A DNA stretch of 64,000 nucleotides from an uncultured virus (IMG/VR IMGVR_UViG_3300025127_000014). Taxonomy: Duplodnaviria; Heunggongvirae; Uroviricota; Caudoviricetes. The position numbers and the translations under genes were made by a program. This document shows positions 1-10,529 of the stretch, piece by piece. Positions within the stretch are counted from its first letter, which is position 1; every line of letters starts with the position of its first letter. The DNA lies in the IMG/VR virus record IMGVR_UViG_3300025127_000014; one strand, written 5' to 3'. Below the pieces are notes generated by a model. It ran no database searches. It was not told where the DNA came from and saw only the letters and a program-made list of their open reading frames with translations.

Positions 1-2
1 CT

Positions 3-290
3 TGGAATGCGAATGAATACAATGATGATATCAGACATCAAATTTTGTACGGAATCGCTCACACCGGGACCGGCCCCTCAGATCCTGAGTTTTATTACTT
101 GCGTAGAATTCCCGGTTATGAAGATCTTTATAATTATAAAAATTATCAACAATGGCTAAGTGATTATGAAGCCGGAACTGTTAAAGAATCGGCTCCATGG
201 TCGACCGACTTCGAATCAACATATGTATCTGAAAGATTATTTGGCGAGGGAGTACTCCTTGATCTGGCAAGGAATAATTACGACGACTAA
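3..290 (+). CDS. Hypothetical protein, 5'-truncated by the window edge
   Basis: The frame of ORF 45..290 is open back to position 3. Confidence 0.7.
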   Translation, partial: WNANEYNDDIRHQILYGIAHTGTGPSDPEFYYLRRIPGYEDLYNYKNYQQWLSDYEAGTVKESAPWSTDFESTYVSERLFGEGVLLDLARNNYDD

Positions 291-320
291 TACAACAAAA
301 ACATGAGATATGTTAACTGC

Positions 321-328
321 ACTATTTA
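321..328 (+). promoter_or_regulatory. Putative late promoter box ACTATTTA
   Basis: Exact copy of the recurrent motif, upstream of the ATG at 347. Confidence 0.65.
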
Positions 329-346
329 CTGTAAAGGAATTACATA

Positions 347-985
347 ATGGCTAGACAAATAAAAGCAAAAACTTTAATTACTAAACAACTTTCACCAGCT
401 CCGCTAACCTCAACCGGTAAAAGAAGAATATCATGTTCTCGTTGTAAAAAAGGAACTGGCGCCAATAGAAGAGCGCAAGATATAAAAGAAATAAGATTAA
501 AAATGCAGCAGCAAAATTACATTCTAGAATCAAATGAAAATACTGGTGTTGTATTGGATTCAATATCTGTTTTAGCTGCTTTGGGTATTGGTGTTGTTAC
601 TGAAATTCCAACTCAGCCAAGTCCACGTTCTGAAGATAATACTGCCGTCAATGCTAAGGCAGATTTTTCACTTTTGAAAATTGAAACTGATGAAACTCAA
701 ATACCAAATGCTAAAATTATTGATAGAAAAAGTAAAATTTTAAAAAGGGGTATAAATAGATACGTTACAGCTGATCAAATTGCGCCTTTTGATGAGAATG
801 GATCATTTTTTAAACCAGATGAATTTGCTACGCGAAATCAGGCAAAAAATGCAGAAATCTTATCCGATACTTTACAGAAGAGAAATATGTCAGGTCTTGT
901 TCGTCAACTTGTAAAACAACAATCGAGGATTTCAAATAGATTAATGGAACCCCACTTTAAAAAAGCAATGGGGAAAGGACAATAA
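347..985 (+). CDS. Hypothetical protein (probable late gene)
   Basis: 212 aa ORF with AAGGA RBS, downstream of an ACTATTTA box; CxxC near the N-terminus. Confidence 0.75.
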   Translation: MARQIKAKTLITKQLSPAPLTSTGKRRISCSRCKKGTGANRRAQDIKEIRLKMQQQNYILESNENTGVVLDSISVLAALGIGVVTEIPTQPSPRSEDNTAVNAKADFSLLKIETDETQIPNAKIIDRKSKILKRGINRYVTADQIAPFDENGSFFKPDEFATRNQAKNAEILSDTLQKRNMSGLVRQLVKQQSRISNRLMEPHFKKAMGKGQ

Positions 986-990
986 TTTAA

Positions 991-2646
991 ATGCCAAGAC
1001 CAGATCGCGGAACAGATTTTGAAGAATTAACTTCAGCAAACAGAGATTTTAATGAGCCTGCACCCCCGAGGGTCGAAGGCTCAAGGCAAGATTTTCGCGC
1101 GACTGCTTGGGATGAGAGCGGAGCAGCTTGGGCTAATATAGATAAGACTGGTATTGATATAGCAGCAACAAACATACGCACTGTAGCTAATATGGCTTTA
1201 GCTTTTTATGCTGATGAAAAACCCAAGACAGCAATGCCTCCTGACGTCCCGCGCTTAGGTTTTTTGCCAACAGCCGCAACCTTACTAACTTTGTTTGATG
1301 AAAGCTCCAACGATTCAATTTTGATTGGAACTACCCTCAACTCTGTATATCAATTTGGCAACGCAACTCAATGGGTGTTTACTTATTATTCTATTGGTGG
1401 TACCGGCGGTCCATATATTTCTGTACAAAATTTTAATACCAATGGCGAAGATCCGCTCGGTGAGTTTTGGAAATGTTCAGAATCTGGTTATCGTCGTCAA
1501 AGAATTATGTCGTATGATGGTGTGTCGTTTTGTGTTCCACAGCAGGTTATAGCCTACGATTATGCATTTTCTAGGAATTTTTATGAATCGTTTACAGATG
1601 ATACAACAGCCCAAAATCGTGTTGGACTCTTAAATACTTTTTATAAAATGCTGAGTGAGATTGAAATTAGTAGAACCGGCAAAGATAAAAACCAAGTTGT
1701 ACAAGAATATGAACAACGTGCTATAGATTTGTATGGCGGTGTTGATGACCCTGCAGTTGATTTTAACTATGGCTTAATATCACACCGAGAGCTAATACTA
1801 GGAGCTATGCATTTTCCGGCACATGCAGATCATCGTACTGAAGTAATCAAAGTGCCATGGGAATCGGCCACACTTAAATTGTTAGATATTGGCTACGCCG
1901 GCCGCCCCCAAGGTATAACTATTACCGGTGGTGGAGATCGGTTGACTAGTAGAGCACAAATACAGATAACTAGTTTTTATGAAAATCTTGGTGCCGGCAC
2001 AGACCCTGCTTCGGTAGATGCTGACACTGCTGCTGAAATTGTGGCTGACTACGTGATAAAACCTTTTGACCAATATGCTGAATCTTTTCTTATTGAACAA
2101 TATGCTAGTAGTAATATTGCACGCGAATCAGAATATCAAGTACAATATGGAGAGTTAGAAGCTAGACGATTGAAATATTTGTATGGTTATGATGCATTCA
2201 GTTTAGGTGATATGTTAAATAATATTTATATGGGTACCGCACGATATCTTGCCTCAACGTTTTTACAAAGCGTTTATACGTTTAAAACAATTACGATGCC
2301 ACCTTTAACGCCACACAGCTTTGCACCTCCAACGTTAGCTGATGCTATATCATCCGCAGAAGTGGACGCATATAATATTGCTTCCACACCATTTAGCCCA
2401 GAGAGTTATTATGCTTCTGAATATGCAGAAGTAGAAGGTATGACAAGCCCAGCCGCGCCAAGCGCATTTGGTTTTGCAGTTGGGGAAGGTATCATGCTTT
2501 CCTCGCTTGGTGAATCTGAACTTACAACAGCGATGGCCAGCACAGGCCCAATTGATGTAGAATATGATTCAACATTTACTTTAGACCGACCGGTCGGTGC
2601 ATTACCATCAACTGGCGGTGGTTCAACTGGCGGTGGAGGATACTAA
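991..2646 (+). CDS. Hypothetical protein, probably virion-associated
   Basis: 551 aa ORF in the late operon; low-complexity Ser/Gly C-terminus. Confidence 0.75.
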   Translation: MPRPDRGTDFEELTSANRDFNEPAPPRVEGSRQDFRATAWDESGAAWANIDKTGIDIAATNIRTVANMALAFYADEKPKTAMPPDVPRLGFLPTAATLLTLFDESSNDSILIGTTLNSVYQFGNATQWVFTYYSIGGTGGPYISVQNFNTNGEDPLGEFWKCSESGYRRQRIMSYDGVSFCVPQQVIAYDYAFSRNFYESFTDDTTAQNRVGLLNTFYKMLSEIEISRTGKDKNQVVQEYEQRAIDLYGGVDDPAVDFNYGLISHRELILGAMHFPAHADHRTEVIKVPWESATLKLLDIGYAGRPQGITITGGGDRLTSRAQIQITSFYENLGAGTDPASVDADTAAEIVADYVIKPFDQYAESFLIEQYASSNIARESEYQVQYGELEARRLKYLYGYDAFSLGDMLNNIYMGTARYLASTFLQSVYTFKTITMPPLTPHSFAPPTLADAISSAEVDAYNIASTPFSPESYYASEYAEVEGMTSPAAPSAFGFAVGEGIMLSSLGESELTTAMASTGPIDVEYDSTFTLDRPVGALPSTGGGSTGGGGY

Positions 2647-5426
2647 TGAGCTACTATTCTAGAAATTTAAAATATTTTGACTCTGGCCTATTGTCGGGTT
2701 CTGGAGATCCTTTAAGAACAGCACTGGCATCAGGTTATATTGAAGAAACAGATCAACAAACGGGACAAACAAAATACATTTCTGAGTTTAAACCAATTTC
2801 TGCCACCACAACTGCGGCAGGAGAAACAGAAACTTATTCTGACACAATTAACGACTACATCGATTTCAGAACAGAATTTCCTACTTTTGGTGGTATAGTA
2901 GGAGATGTTAAATATTCTTCCGAAAGTCCAGTACCAATTTTAAAATATCCTATAAGAGTGTATGGTGATAATGAAACAGTCTATAGTGACTTACATTGGA
3001 AAAATTATTTTATTGGCGGCGCGTATCGCGATCAGGAATATGATGGCATATATTCAACAGATGAATTTACTGATCATATTTTTACGTATACGCTACCATA
3101 CTTGCCTAAAGTAGTCAAGCAGCATAATCCTGACATGATTGACGCATTTGATACCATTGATATAACATATGATTACAATTACTATTACAAGAATTATGAG
3201 GATTCAAATTTTTCAAAGTCTAATATTTTACAAATACCTAATGGATATGTTCTGCAAACTTTTAGTCGAACTGATGAATTAAGAAGTGCCATTGCACCAG
3301 ATATTACAACACCCATAGAAAAATTTAGCAACTCTTTACATGGTAATCAACTTGTTAATTTTGTCACAAGAGATGGAAAGTTTGATTATAATCAATATCA
3401 TGATTTTTTTGTGACAAACAAAGATTTTGATGATGCTGCAGCAATTGGTGAAGACATGTCGTGGCCTTCCGAGACTCCAAAAACTAAAAAATACTTTGAA
3501 TACTATTATCCTTATTACAACACTGGGCCCGACACAAATGAATTTACAAATATGAAATTCAAAAATCTTTTATTTGATCACAAATGTTTAGGTAACGAAT
3601 ACGAAGAACTTTTTAATAATAGAAAAGGCTTACCTTATTACACAAGAATATCACGGCCTCTTGCCAGTACTGGCGAAATGACCGAGGTTATGCAAAAAAG
3701 CGACGTCACAGGTAAATTTTTGTTAACTTTGAAAGATATATTTGTTGATAATTCACTAGAATCAAAACCTTCTGAGGCCACATTTAATATTCAAGAAACA
3801 GGCCACTTAAAACAAAATCTTGAAACTAACGAGCTATATCAAGGCACTGTTAGATTGATGCCTATGCTTGATTTTTTGACTGAAATGAGAACAAATTACA
3901 CAAGTAACTCAAATGATTTTCATTGTATTGGCAATCCATATGATACCTCAAGAAGAGCGTTATATGACAAATCAGGGGACTATAGGCACTTAAATACAAT
4001 TGGTGCGACTAAAGCTATTGTCAAAATGCTTGATATTATTGAGCGTGATGCATTTTTAGAAAAAATAAAAGCGCCATTTGGAAAGTCTAGCACAGTAGAA
4101 AAAGATAAAGAAACATTAGCATTCAGAATTGAAAAAATTGGTGGGGAACCTATTGGTGATTCTAATACACAAGAAACAATACAAAACTTTTTTATTTTTA
4201 ATGGTGATGATTTAAAGAATGATTTTATTGATACCCAAGTAAAATATGGCGAGGTATACACATACAAAATATTTGCCTATGTACTTGTTAACGGATACCG
4301 TTATCAAACTAGTGATTTAAGAGTTACTAGAAAAATTGCTGACATAACAAGACCGGAAGATCTTGAAGATATTAGTTGTCTCGAATTTTACGATCCTTAT
4401 ACTGGTGAAGCTAGAGATAGACTAGTCGACGATAATACTTTTGTTGAAAGAGATTTGAATAATGAATTTGCTAGCCAAGCACAAATAGCAAGTGCAAGGT
4501 ATAAATTTTTAGCTGATTTTAATGTAACTATTCAGCCATCGCCTATGCTTATAGAAATACCAATTGCTACAAATACTGTTAGAGTTTTAGATCATCCTGT
4601 TAATCGTCCCTCCGTAATCCCCTTTCAAATAAAAGATAACTCCCAAAGAATTGGTTTAGATATTCACTATTCTGCTTTTGAAAAATCAAAGTACCCACCA
4701 GCGTTGACCACAATGGAGCAAGATTTAAAAAGAAATTATTTGGACGCTAATTCAATTTTTGAAAATGAGCTGCTACAAAAAGAATCAATATCAAACGCTA
4801 GATATGTTGAAGTCTATAGAGTTGACAAAAGACCAACCAGTTATGAGGATTTTGAAAATCATAGGGTTCATATATCAGATTTGCTAATTGAACAAGATTA
4901 TTTACCTGCTGATGAAGATGGTATTCCTTTGCCGGTATCAGAAACTTGGTGGACATTAAAAAACAATCCAGTCTACAATAATTGTATTATTCGTGATACA
5001 ATACAGACAAATTTAACTTATTACTATACTGTTAGATTTTTAAATGAAAGACGTGAGCCGGGTTATTTTAGTCCAATATATGCTATTGAGCTTGTTAATG
5101 ATGGTGGTTATTTTTATCCAAGGTATAATACTATTTTTGAAAAAGATTTAAATCCCAACAAAGAGAAAAAAACATCCAAAAACTTTAAGAAACTACTTAA
5201 CATCGTGCCTAACCTTCAACATGTTATGTTCAATGATGATAATGTCGATTACACTAAATCAGCTTTTTCTCAAAAAGAATTTTTGCAAATTGGCCTAGAT
5301 GATCCAGCCAAAGCTGAAGTGAATGTTGATTCATTATGGGGTAAAACTTTTAAATTTAGATTTACTTCTAAGAAGACTGGCAAAAAAATCGATTTGAACA
5401 TTACTTATAACTTGTCAAGGTCATAA
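2646..5426 (+). CDS. Large hypothetical virion protein with fibronectin-III-like strand motifs
   Basis: 926 aa; FIDTQVKYGEVYTYKIFAY and IRDTIQTNLTYYYTVRF resemble FN3 Y-x-Y strands; start overlaps the upstream stop. Confidence 0.65.
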   Translation: MSYYSRNLKYFDSGLLSGSGDPLRTALASGYIEETDQQTGQTKYISEFKPISATTTAAGETETYSDTINDYIDFRTEFPTFGGIVGDVKYSSESPVPILKYPIRVYGDNETVYSDLHWKNYFIGGAYRDQEYDGIYSTDEFTDHIFTYTLPYLPKVVKQHNPDMIDAFDTIDITYDYNYYYKNYEDSNFSKSNILQIPNGYVLQTFSRTDELRSAIAPDITTPIEKFSNSLHGNQLVNFVTRDGKFDYNQYHDFFVTNKDFDDAAAIGEDMSWPSETPKTKKYFEYYYPYYNTGPDTNEFTNMKFKNLLFDHKCLGNEYEELFNNRKGLPYYTRISRPLASTGEMTEVMQKSDVTGKFLLTLKDIFVDNSLESKPSEATFNIQETGHLKQNLETNELYQGTVRLMPMLDFLTEMRTNYTSNSNDFHCIGNPYDTSRRALYDKSGDYRHLNTIGATKAIVKMLDIIERDAFLEKIKAPFGKSSTVEKDKETLAFRIEKIGGEPIGDSNTQETIQNFFIFNGDDLKNDFIDTQVKYGEVYTYKIFAYVLVNGYRYQTSDLRVTRKIADITRPEDLEDISCLEFYDPYTGEARDRLVDDNTFVERDLNNEFASQAQIASARYKFLADFNVTIQPSPMLIEIPIATNTVRVLDHPVNRPSVIPFQIKDNSQRIGLDIHYSAFEKSKYPPALTTMEQDLKRNYLDANSIFENELLQKESISNARYVEVYRVDKRPTSYEDFENHRVHISDLLIEQDYLPADEDGIPLPVSETWWTLKNNPVYNNCIIRDTIQTNLTYYYTVRFLNERREPGYFSPIYAIELVNDGGYFYPRYNTIFEKDLNPNKEKKTSKNFKKLLNIVPNLQHVMFNDDNVDYTKSAFSQKEFLQIGLDDPAKAEVNVDSLWGKTFKFRFTSKKTGKKIDLNITYNLSRS

Positions 5427-5438
5427 ACAATTTTGGCT

Positions 5439-5446
5439 ACTATTTA
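5439..5446 (+). promoter_or_regulatory. Putative late promoter box ACTATTTA
   Basis: Intergenic, upstream of the ATG at 5466. Confidence 0.65.
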
Positions 5447-5465
5447 TCAGGAGAGAGGAAAATAA

Positions 5466-6500
5466 ATGGCTTTTTTAGATAACAGCGGCGATATTATACT
5501 TGACGCCGTTTTAACAGATTTAGGTCGAAAAAGGATGGCAGAGGGTAATTTTAGAATTACACAATTTGCGCTTGGGGATGATGAGATTGATTATAGAATT
5601 TATAACAAAAACCACCCATCAGGTTCTGCTTATTATGACTTAGAAATTTTACAGACTCCTGTTCTTGAAGCTTTTGCTTCTTCGAACGCTAATATAAATT
5701 ATGGTCTTGTTAGTTTTGGTGGTAATTTAAATCTCCTTTATATGCCAAATATAAAAATTTGGGGAAATCCAAAAACAGTAGGTGTAGCCGATGGCAAGCA
5801 AATTTTAAGAGCGAGTGGCAGTGTATACTATATGTCTGCAAATACTGATACGTCGACGGCATTAGTTTCTGCATTTGATACTGATTATGGAACAGGAAAC
5901 GGTACCTTTTATTATTCTTCTGATGACAATGCCAATGTAATATTGCTTGAAACTGGTATAGATTCCCCCGGTGGTTTCCCACCTAGGACAGCGGATTTAA
6001 CAAATGAACGTGATAAGATAATTGCCAAAGGCTTAGCTGATGGCAATTTTGATGTTCATATTGACACGAATATTCTCACTAAAGTTGTAGGTATTAGTAA
6101 TATAGTTTGGGACATAAAAACTGACGGCACCGTTGAGACAGCCATTAGTGGACTCAACGCCATCGACGCTAATATATCAAGTGATCTTGGAATGGCTAAT
6201 TATGCCAAAGCCACAATTAGCGGCCACAGGACCAGAGTCCGCGCCACAACCGATGGCACCACAGCTACTTCTTATTCAGCTATTAATGGCCCTTCAGGAC
6301 AAATGGTAGCTTTTACACTTGAGCCTAATAGCAATCTCAAACAAAGTTCTGCGGATTATGCTAAATATGGTAAAACCGGACAAGATCTATTTGGGGACGG
6401 TAACACATATGATTATGTTGACACAACTGTGTATGTCGTAGGAAAATCTTCAGGTGTAACTGCACATGTGCCAGTTAGAGTAGTAAGAAAGGTAGTTTAA
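5466..6500 (+). CDS. Putative baseplate / tail-fibre attachment protein
   Basis: N-terminal DAVLTDLGRKRMAEGNFRITQFALGDDEIDY resembles the first half of tail-collar (P2 gpH N-terminal-like) domains; late box upstream. Confidence 0.55.
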   Translation: MAFLDNSGDIILDAVLTDLGRKRMAEGNFRITQFALGDDEIDYRIYNKNHPSGSAYYDLEILQTPVLEAFASSNANINYGLVSFGGNLNLLYMPNIKIWGNPKTVGVADGKQILRASGSVYYMSANTDTSTALVSAFDTDYGTGNGTFYYSSDDNANVILLETGIDSPGGFPPRTADLTNERDKIIAKGLADGNFDVHIDTNILTKVVGISNIVWDIKTDGTVETAISGLNAIDANISSDLGMANYAKATISGHRTRVRATTDGTTATSYSAINGPSGQMVAFTLEPNSNLKQSSADYAKYGKTGQDLFGDGNTYDYVDTTVYVVGKSSGVTAHVPVRVVRKVV

Positions 6501-6515
6501 TAATGGAGAAACATA

Positions 6516-7640
6516 ATGCCTAATCAATATCAACCGTTTAATGCTAGTAACGATATCATTTCAACAAAAACGCTTTTACACGAAGCGATTCCCATGACTA
6601 GCTCAATTTATAAGTTTGCCACGGGCTCTTATGTTGAAGAAAATATTAAAAACTTTAGCCATGGACAATTTCAATCTGTATACGATTATCCCTACTTAAG
6701 TTCATCTGCAAATCATATATTTGATATAGCGGTAGGATATGACGAAGGTTCTGTGTTATCAAGCTCTACGAGTATTCAAAACGCTAAGAAAATTAACATG
6801 TACAACTCAATGGCTCAAGTGCTTTTGGGTTATAGTAAAGATTCTGGCGAGTTCGTAGAAAGGTTTGAGTCAGATTTTGATCTTTCTGATAATAACAATC
6901 AAATGCTCTCAACCTTCTTTATCAACTTCTCTAGACTTTTGACAAAAGATCAGATTAAGAAAGGATCGTTTAGTATAACATTAGCTACCGGTTCTTGGGA
7001 AGATGCTGCGATCGCCGGCGAAGTTTTAACTTTGGCAGATCACGACGCTACAGCAGATAGCGGTTATAGAACAGTTGTCGGTGGAGATTATGGATTATTA
7101 TACACTGCCTCAGCTCCATCGGCCGACCTTGCGAATTCTCCCGCTTTTGGCTGCATTTTCTACCAAGCCGGCATTGCTGTTCTTACATCTTCATTGTTTC
7201 AAGCCACTGCATCCGCCGGCGAGGCGTTTGAGGACCATCCAGAGGGCGCAGGCCAAGACTTCTCACGACAACGTGGCGATTTGGGCGAAAGTTGCAAGTC
7301 GATGCTGGGGGTTTTGACTGGTTCATCAATCTCAGGTGCCTGTAACGCACTACGTCACAGAATTACTAACATCGCATTCAACAATACCACTGAGATTAAT
7401 TCTAAAATTTACTTCTGCAGGGTGCCTTGGAATAAATTCAATTATAGTACTAATCCAACATATGTGTCTGGTGGTGCTATAGTTGTTAAAAATGTCCCCG
7501 CTGATACTCCTATTACCTACATCACAACTATTGGACTTTACAATACTGCTGGTGAATTGATGGCAACTGCTAAACTTTCTGAGCCACTGCGTAAAGATCC
7601 AACAAACGAATTAACTCTCCGAGTTAGGCTGGATTACTAA
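6516..7640 (+). CDS. Putative baseplate / tail-fibre attachment protein
   Basis: C-terminal TYITTIGLYNTAGELMATAKLSEPLRK resembles the IGLFD..G.L.A strand of tail-collar domains; GGAG RBS. Confidence 0.55.
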   Translation: MPNQYQPFNASNDIISTKTLLHEAIPMTSSIYKFATGSYVEENIKNFSHGQFQSVYDYPYLSSSANHIFDIAVGYDEGSVLSSSTSIQNAKKINMYNSMAQVLLGYSKDSGEFVERFESDFDLSDNNNQMLSTFFINFSRLLTKDQIKKGSFSITLATGSWEDAAIAGEVLTLADHDATADSGYRTVVGGDYGLLYTASAPSADLANSPAFGCIFYQAGIAVLTSSLFQATASAGEAFEDHPEGAGQDFSRQRGDLGESCKSMLGVLTGSSISGACNALRHRITNIAFNNTTEINSKIYFCRVPWNKFNYSTNPTYVSGGAIVVKNVPADTPITYITTIGLYNTAGELMATAKLSEPLRKDPTNELTLRVRLDY

Positions 7641-7649
7641 GGGGGTAAT

Positions 7650-8969
7650 ATGTCCCTCAAGAAGTTTTCGGACAAAGATATCATAATCAACACCATGAGG
7701 ACTCATCCGCGGGTTGATTTCTTGATATTCGATAGTCGCGTATTTTATAACAATATTCCAGAGCAGTCTGGTGCTATTTCAAACGATGTTTATAATGTTC
7801 CAGAAGGGCACATTAGTCTTTATGAATATAACATTGATAGGGTTATTGATAGAGGCACAATCCCCGGCCGGCCATCTGATTCAAAATGTATATACCCTTT
7901 TATAACTAAACAATCTGCTAGGGCTAGCTTTCGCACAGCGTCTCCAACAAGTTACAGTAATGAATTTGTATATGGTGACATTATAACAAGTAGTTATCCA
8001 ATGTCTGCATCGATACACAGATATTATATGGCTAATGCGGGCGCCCGAGACACCGTTGTAAATGACAATACGGGCGAAAGAACATCAACCGGCAAACCTT
8101 TACACCCATTTTATTTTGCTTTAAAAAATAGATTAAATTTTTATGGTGCAACTAAAAGTAGACATTTTTTAATTGAGGATGCTGGTGGTGACACAGGATC
8201 TGCTGGGGCCACAACTCTTGCTGGTGATTACTGGGATTGGAATAAAGATAATCAGACTATAAACCTTATTTCAATACCTTCAATCTTTTATGGTACAAAA
8301 ATTAAGCCCGGCTCTGTTTCTTTGAAATGGTTGTTTACCGGTTCAGTGGTGGGCGAGTTAAGAGATTTAAAACAAAATGGCGAATTAATACAAATTGGCC
8401 CTTATGGTAGTGTTGGCTCCGGTTCTGTTGCTGGTGTTGTGATGTACGATGAAGGATTTGTACTTTTAACAGGTTCGTGGACTTTGGGTGATGGTGCACC
8501 AAGTATACCAATAAAAAGCGATGCGTCAAGCGATAGACCAAGATGGATTTATTTCGGCGCCGGGACTCTTGATGGAGTAAATCAAACAACAGCCGGCGCT
8601 GATTTTGTATCAGCATCATTTAACATGTCATTTAGAGGTCAAACTGATACTCAAATTGTAACGATGTTTGCTCATGCTAAGCGCGGTGAAGTCAATTATT
8701 CAAATAATCCAACGTTTATAAAGCACGGACAACGAAAAATAGAAATTTCATCGTCTACGATTTTTCAAGAAAATCCAAATAAGCTTATTGCTAATACTGT
8801 TTCATCAAGCTATCCGGATCATAATGCAGATTTTAAACGACAAGTTTATATATCAAGAATCGGTATATATGATGAAAATAAAAATTTAATTGGCTTGGCT
8901 ACTCTTGCCAATCCTATTTTGAAAGAAGAAGCGCAAGATTTTGCATTTAAGTTAAAGATAGATATATGA
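7650..8969 (+). CDS. Putative baseplate / tail-fibre attachment protein, paralog of the preceding gene
   Basis: C-terminal YSNNPTF...VYISRIGIYDENKNLIGLATLANPILK matches YSTNPTY...YITTIGLYN of 6516..7640. Confidence 0.55.
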   Translation: MSLKKFSDKDIIINTMRTHPRVDFLIFDSRVFYNNIPEQSGAISNDVYNVPEGHISLYEYNIDRVIDRGTIPGRPSDSKCIYPFITKQSARASFRTASPTSYSNEFVYGDIITSSYPMSASIHRYYMANAGARDTVVNDNTGERTSTGKPLHPFYFALKNRLNFYGATKSRHFLIEDAGGDTGSAGATTLAGDYWDWNKDNQTINLISIPSIFYGTKIKPGSVSLKWLFTGSVVGELRDLKQNGELIQIGPYGSVGSGSVAGVVMYDEGFVLLTGSWTLGDGAPSIPIKSDASSDRPRWIYFGAGTLDGVNQTTAGADFVSASFNMSFRGQTDTQIVTMFAHAKRGEVNYSNNPTFIKHGQRKIEISSSTIFQENPNKLIANTVSSSYPDHNADFKRQVYISRIGIYDENKNLIGLATLANPILKEEAQDFAFKLKIDI

Positions 8970-9310
8970 TAAAACCAATAGTAATAGTAGCACCAAAGTT
9001 TACAAAAGCAATATCATGGATTATAGATGTTGGTGCTATTACTTTATATCCATTTATTATCTCAAGAGACGAAATGTCTGAAGACGTTTTACGGCATGAA
9101 ACAATACATATTTTTCAACAAAAAGAATTATTTGTGTTATTATTTTATATATTATATGGTTGGGATTATTTAAGAGGTTTTATAAAATATAAAAATAAAG
9201 AAAAGGCTTATTTTAATATTAGATTTGAACAAGAGGCATATGAGCACATGTTTGAAAAAAACTACTTAGAAAACAGACCAAAATATAATTGGCGAAAATA
9301 TAGAGTGTAA
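8966..9310 (+). CDS. Small HExxH zinc-metallopeptidase-like protein
   Basis: AITLYPFI, RHETIH (HExxH) and a downstream FEQEAY candidate third-ligand motif. Confidence 0.55.
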   Translation: MIKPIVIVAPKFTKAISWIIDVGAITLYPFIISRDEMSEDVLRHETIHIFQQKELFVLLFYILYGWDYLRGFIKYKNKEKAYFNIRFEQEAYEHMFEKNYLENRPKYNWRKYRV

Positions 9311-9311
9311 A

Positions 9312-9869
9312 ATGGTTTTAGGAATTGATGTAAGCACTAGCATTACAGGCTTTGCTATTGTGGCTGATGAGCAAATAGTCTTTTATGATTCTGTTGATTT
9401 AAGAAAATTTAAAGATGTGTTTGATAAAGCAATTGCAATAAAAGAAAAGTTGCTCGATCTTTATGAGATGTATCAGTGCGATAACGACAGTTCAATGAGA
9501 ATAGGCAGCTCTCAGTTTCCAATTGAACACATTTATATTGAGCAACCTTTTACATTTTTTAATTCTGGCGGTTCATCAGCTAAAACTATGGCAGCACTTC
9601 AAAAATTTAACGGTATTGTATCTTGGAATGTTTTTGAACTATTCGAAATAAAACCAAAATTTATAGGTGCTACATCAGCTAGAAAATTAACAGGCATTAA
9701 AGTCCCACGTGGACAAAAAGCGAAGCAAGTTGTTTTAGAACATTTACTCAATACTGAGCCTGCTTTTAAAATTGAATACACTAAACATGGTAACCCTAAG
9801 CCCGAATCATATGATCGTGCTGACGCTATTATTATTGCAAAAGCAGGTTACCTTACAGAATATTCTTGA
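9312..9869 (+). CDS. RuvC-like Holliday junction resolvase / RNase H-fold nuclease
   Basis: VLGIDVSTSITGFA, YIEQP and DRADAIIIA give the D..E..DxxD acidic motifs. Confidence 0.8.
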   Translation: MVLGIDVSTSITGFAIVADEQIVFYDSVDLRKFKDVFDKAIAIKEKLLDLYEMYQCDNDSSMRIGSSQFPIEHIYIEQPFTFFNSGGSSAKTMAALQKFNGIVSWNVFELFEIKPKFIGATSARKLTGIKVPRGQKAKQVVLEHLLNTEPAFKIEYTKHGNPKPESYDRADAIIIAKAGYLTEYS

Positions 9870-9894
9870 CACCTTTAACGTTATGTGTTATTTT
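9866..9894 (+). promoter_or_regulatory. Sigma70-type promoter
   Basis: TTGACA-N17-TATTTT with TG extension, upstream of the FKBP gene. Confidence 0.65.
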
Positions 9895-9930
9895 ATACAT
9901 GATGTTCTTTCATCAACCTAGGAGATAAAA

Positions 9931-10500
9931 ATGAAAGTAGAAACGGGACACACAGTTAGTGTCCACTATAAGGGAACATTATTAGATGGTACCGAATTTG
10001 ATAACTCACGTATCCGCGGTCAAACGCTGAGATTTCAAGTTGGTTCAGGAATGATGATTCCCGGTTTTGATAATGCTGTTATTGGCATGATCGAGGGTGA
10101 AACAAAAACAGTCACCCTTACCCCTGAAGAAGGCTATGGTCCAAGATTGCCAGATGCCTTGAGGCCTGCTGCTAAGGATGCTTTTGGGCCTGATTTTGAA
10201 TTTGTTATTGGAGAAGTGGTTCAAGGCAATAGTGCCGATGGCAACTCCTTTTTAGCTAAAATTCATGAAGTTCAAGATGACGTTGTTATCTTAGACCTCA
10301 ATCACCCCTTAGCAGGCGAGCAACTAACATTTGAAATTCAAGTTATGAATATTGAGGGCGCCCAAACGTCTAATATTACCATGGCTAATTGGAATGCAAA
10401 AATGAAGAAGGCTGAACTTCTTGAGGTTGCAAAGTCGCGTGGCCTACCAGTTAATACAAAGTCTACCAAAGCGCAAATTATTGAAGCGCTCCAATCTTAA
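9931..10500 (+). CDS. FKBP-type peptidyl-prolyl isomerase (SlyD-like) with C-terminal HeH/Rho-N-like helical domain
   Basis: VSVHYKGTLLDGTEFDNS, MIPGFDNAVIGM, PEEGYG and DLNHPLAGEQLTF; tail MKKAELLEVAKSRGLPVNTKSTKAQIIEAL; AGGAG RBS. Confidence 0.92.
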   Translation: MKVETGHTVSVHYKGTLLDGTEFDNSRIRGQTLRFQVGSGMMIPGFDNAVIGMIEGETKTVTLTPEEGYGPRLPDALRPAAKDAFGPDFEFVIGEVVQGNSADGNSFLAKIHEVQDDVVILDLNHPLAGEQLTFEIQVMNIEGAQTSNITMANWNAKMKKAELLEVAKSRGLPVNTKSTKAQIIEALQS

Positions 10501-10502
10501 TT

Positions 10503-10527
10503 AAAGCCCCGCTTCGGCGGGGTTTTT
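10503..10527 (+). terminator. Rho-independent terminator
   Basis: GCCCCGC-TTCG-GCGGGGT hairpin followed by a T run. Confidence 0.9.
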
Positions 10528-10529
10528 AC

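Noticed and set aside
9312..9869. TnpB/Cas12 or transposase
   Set aside because: Only 185 aa with a contiguous RuvC fold; no zinc ribbon, transposon ends or array.
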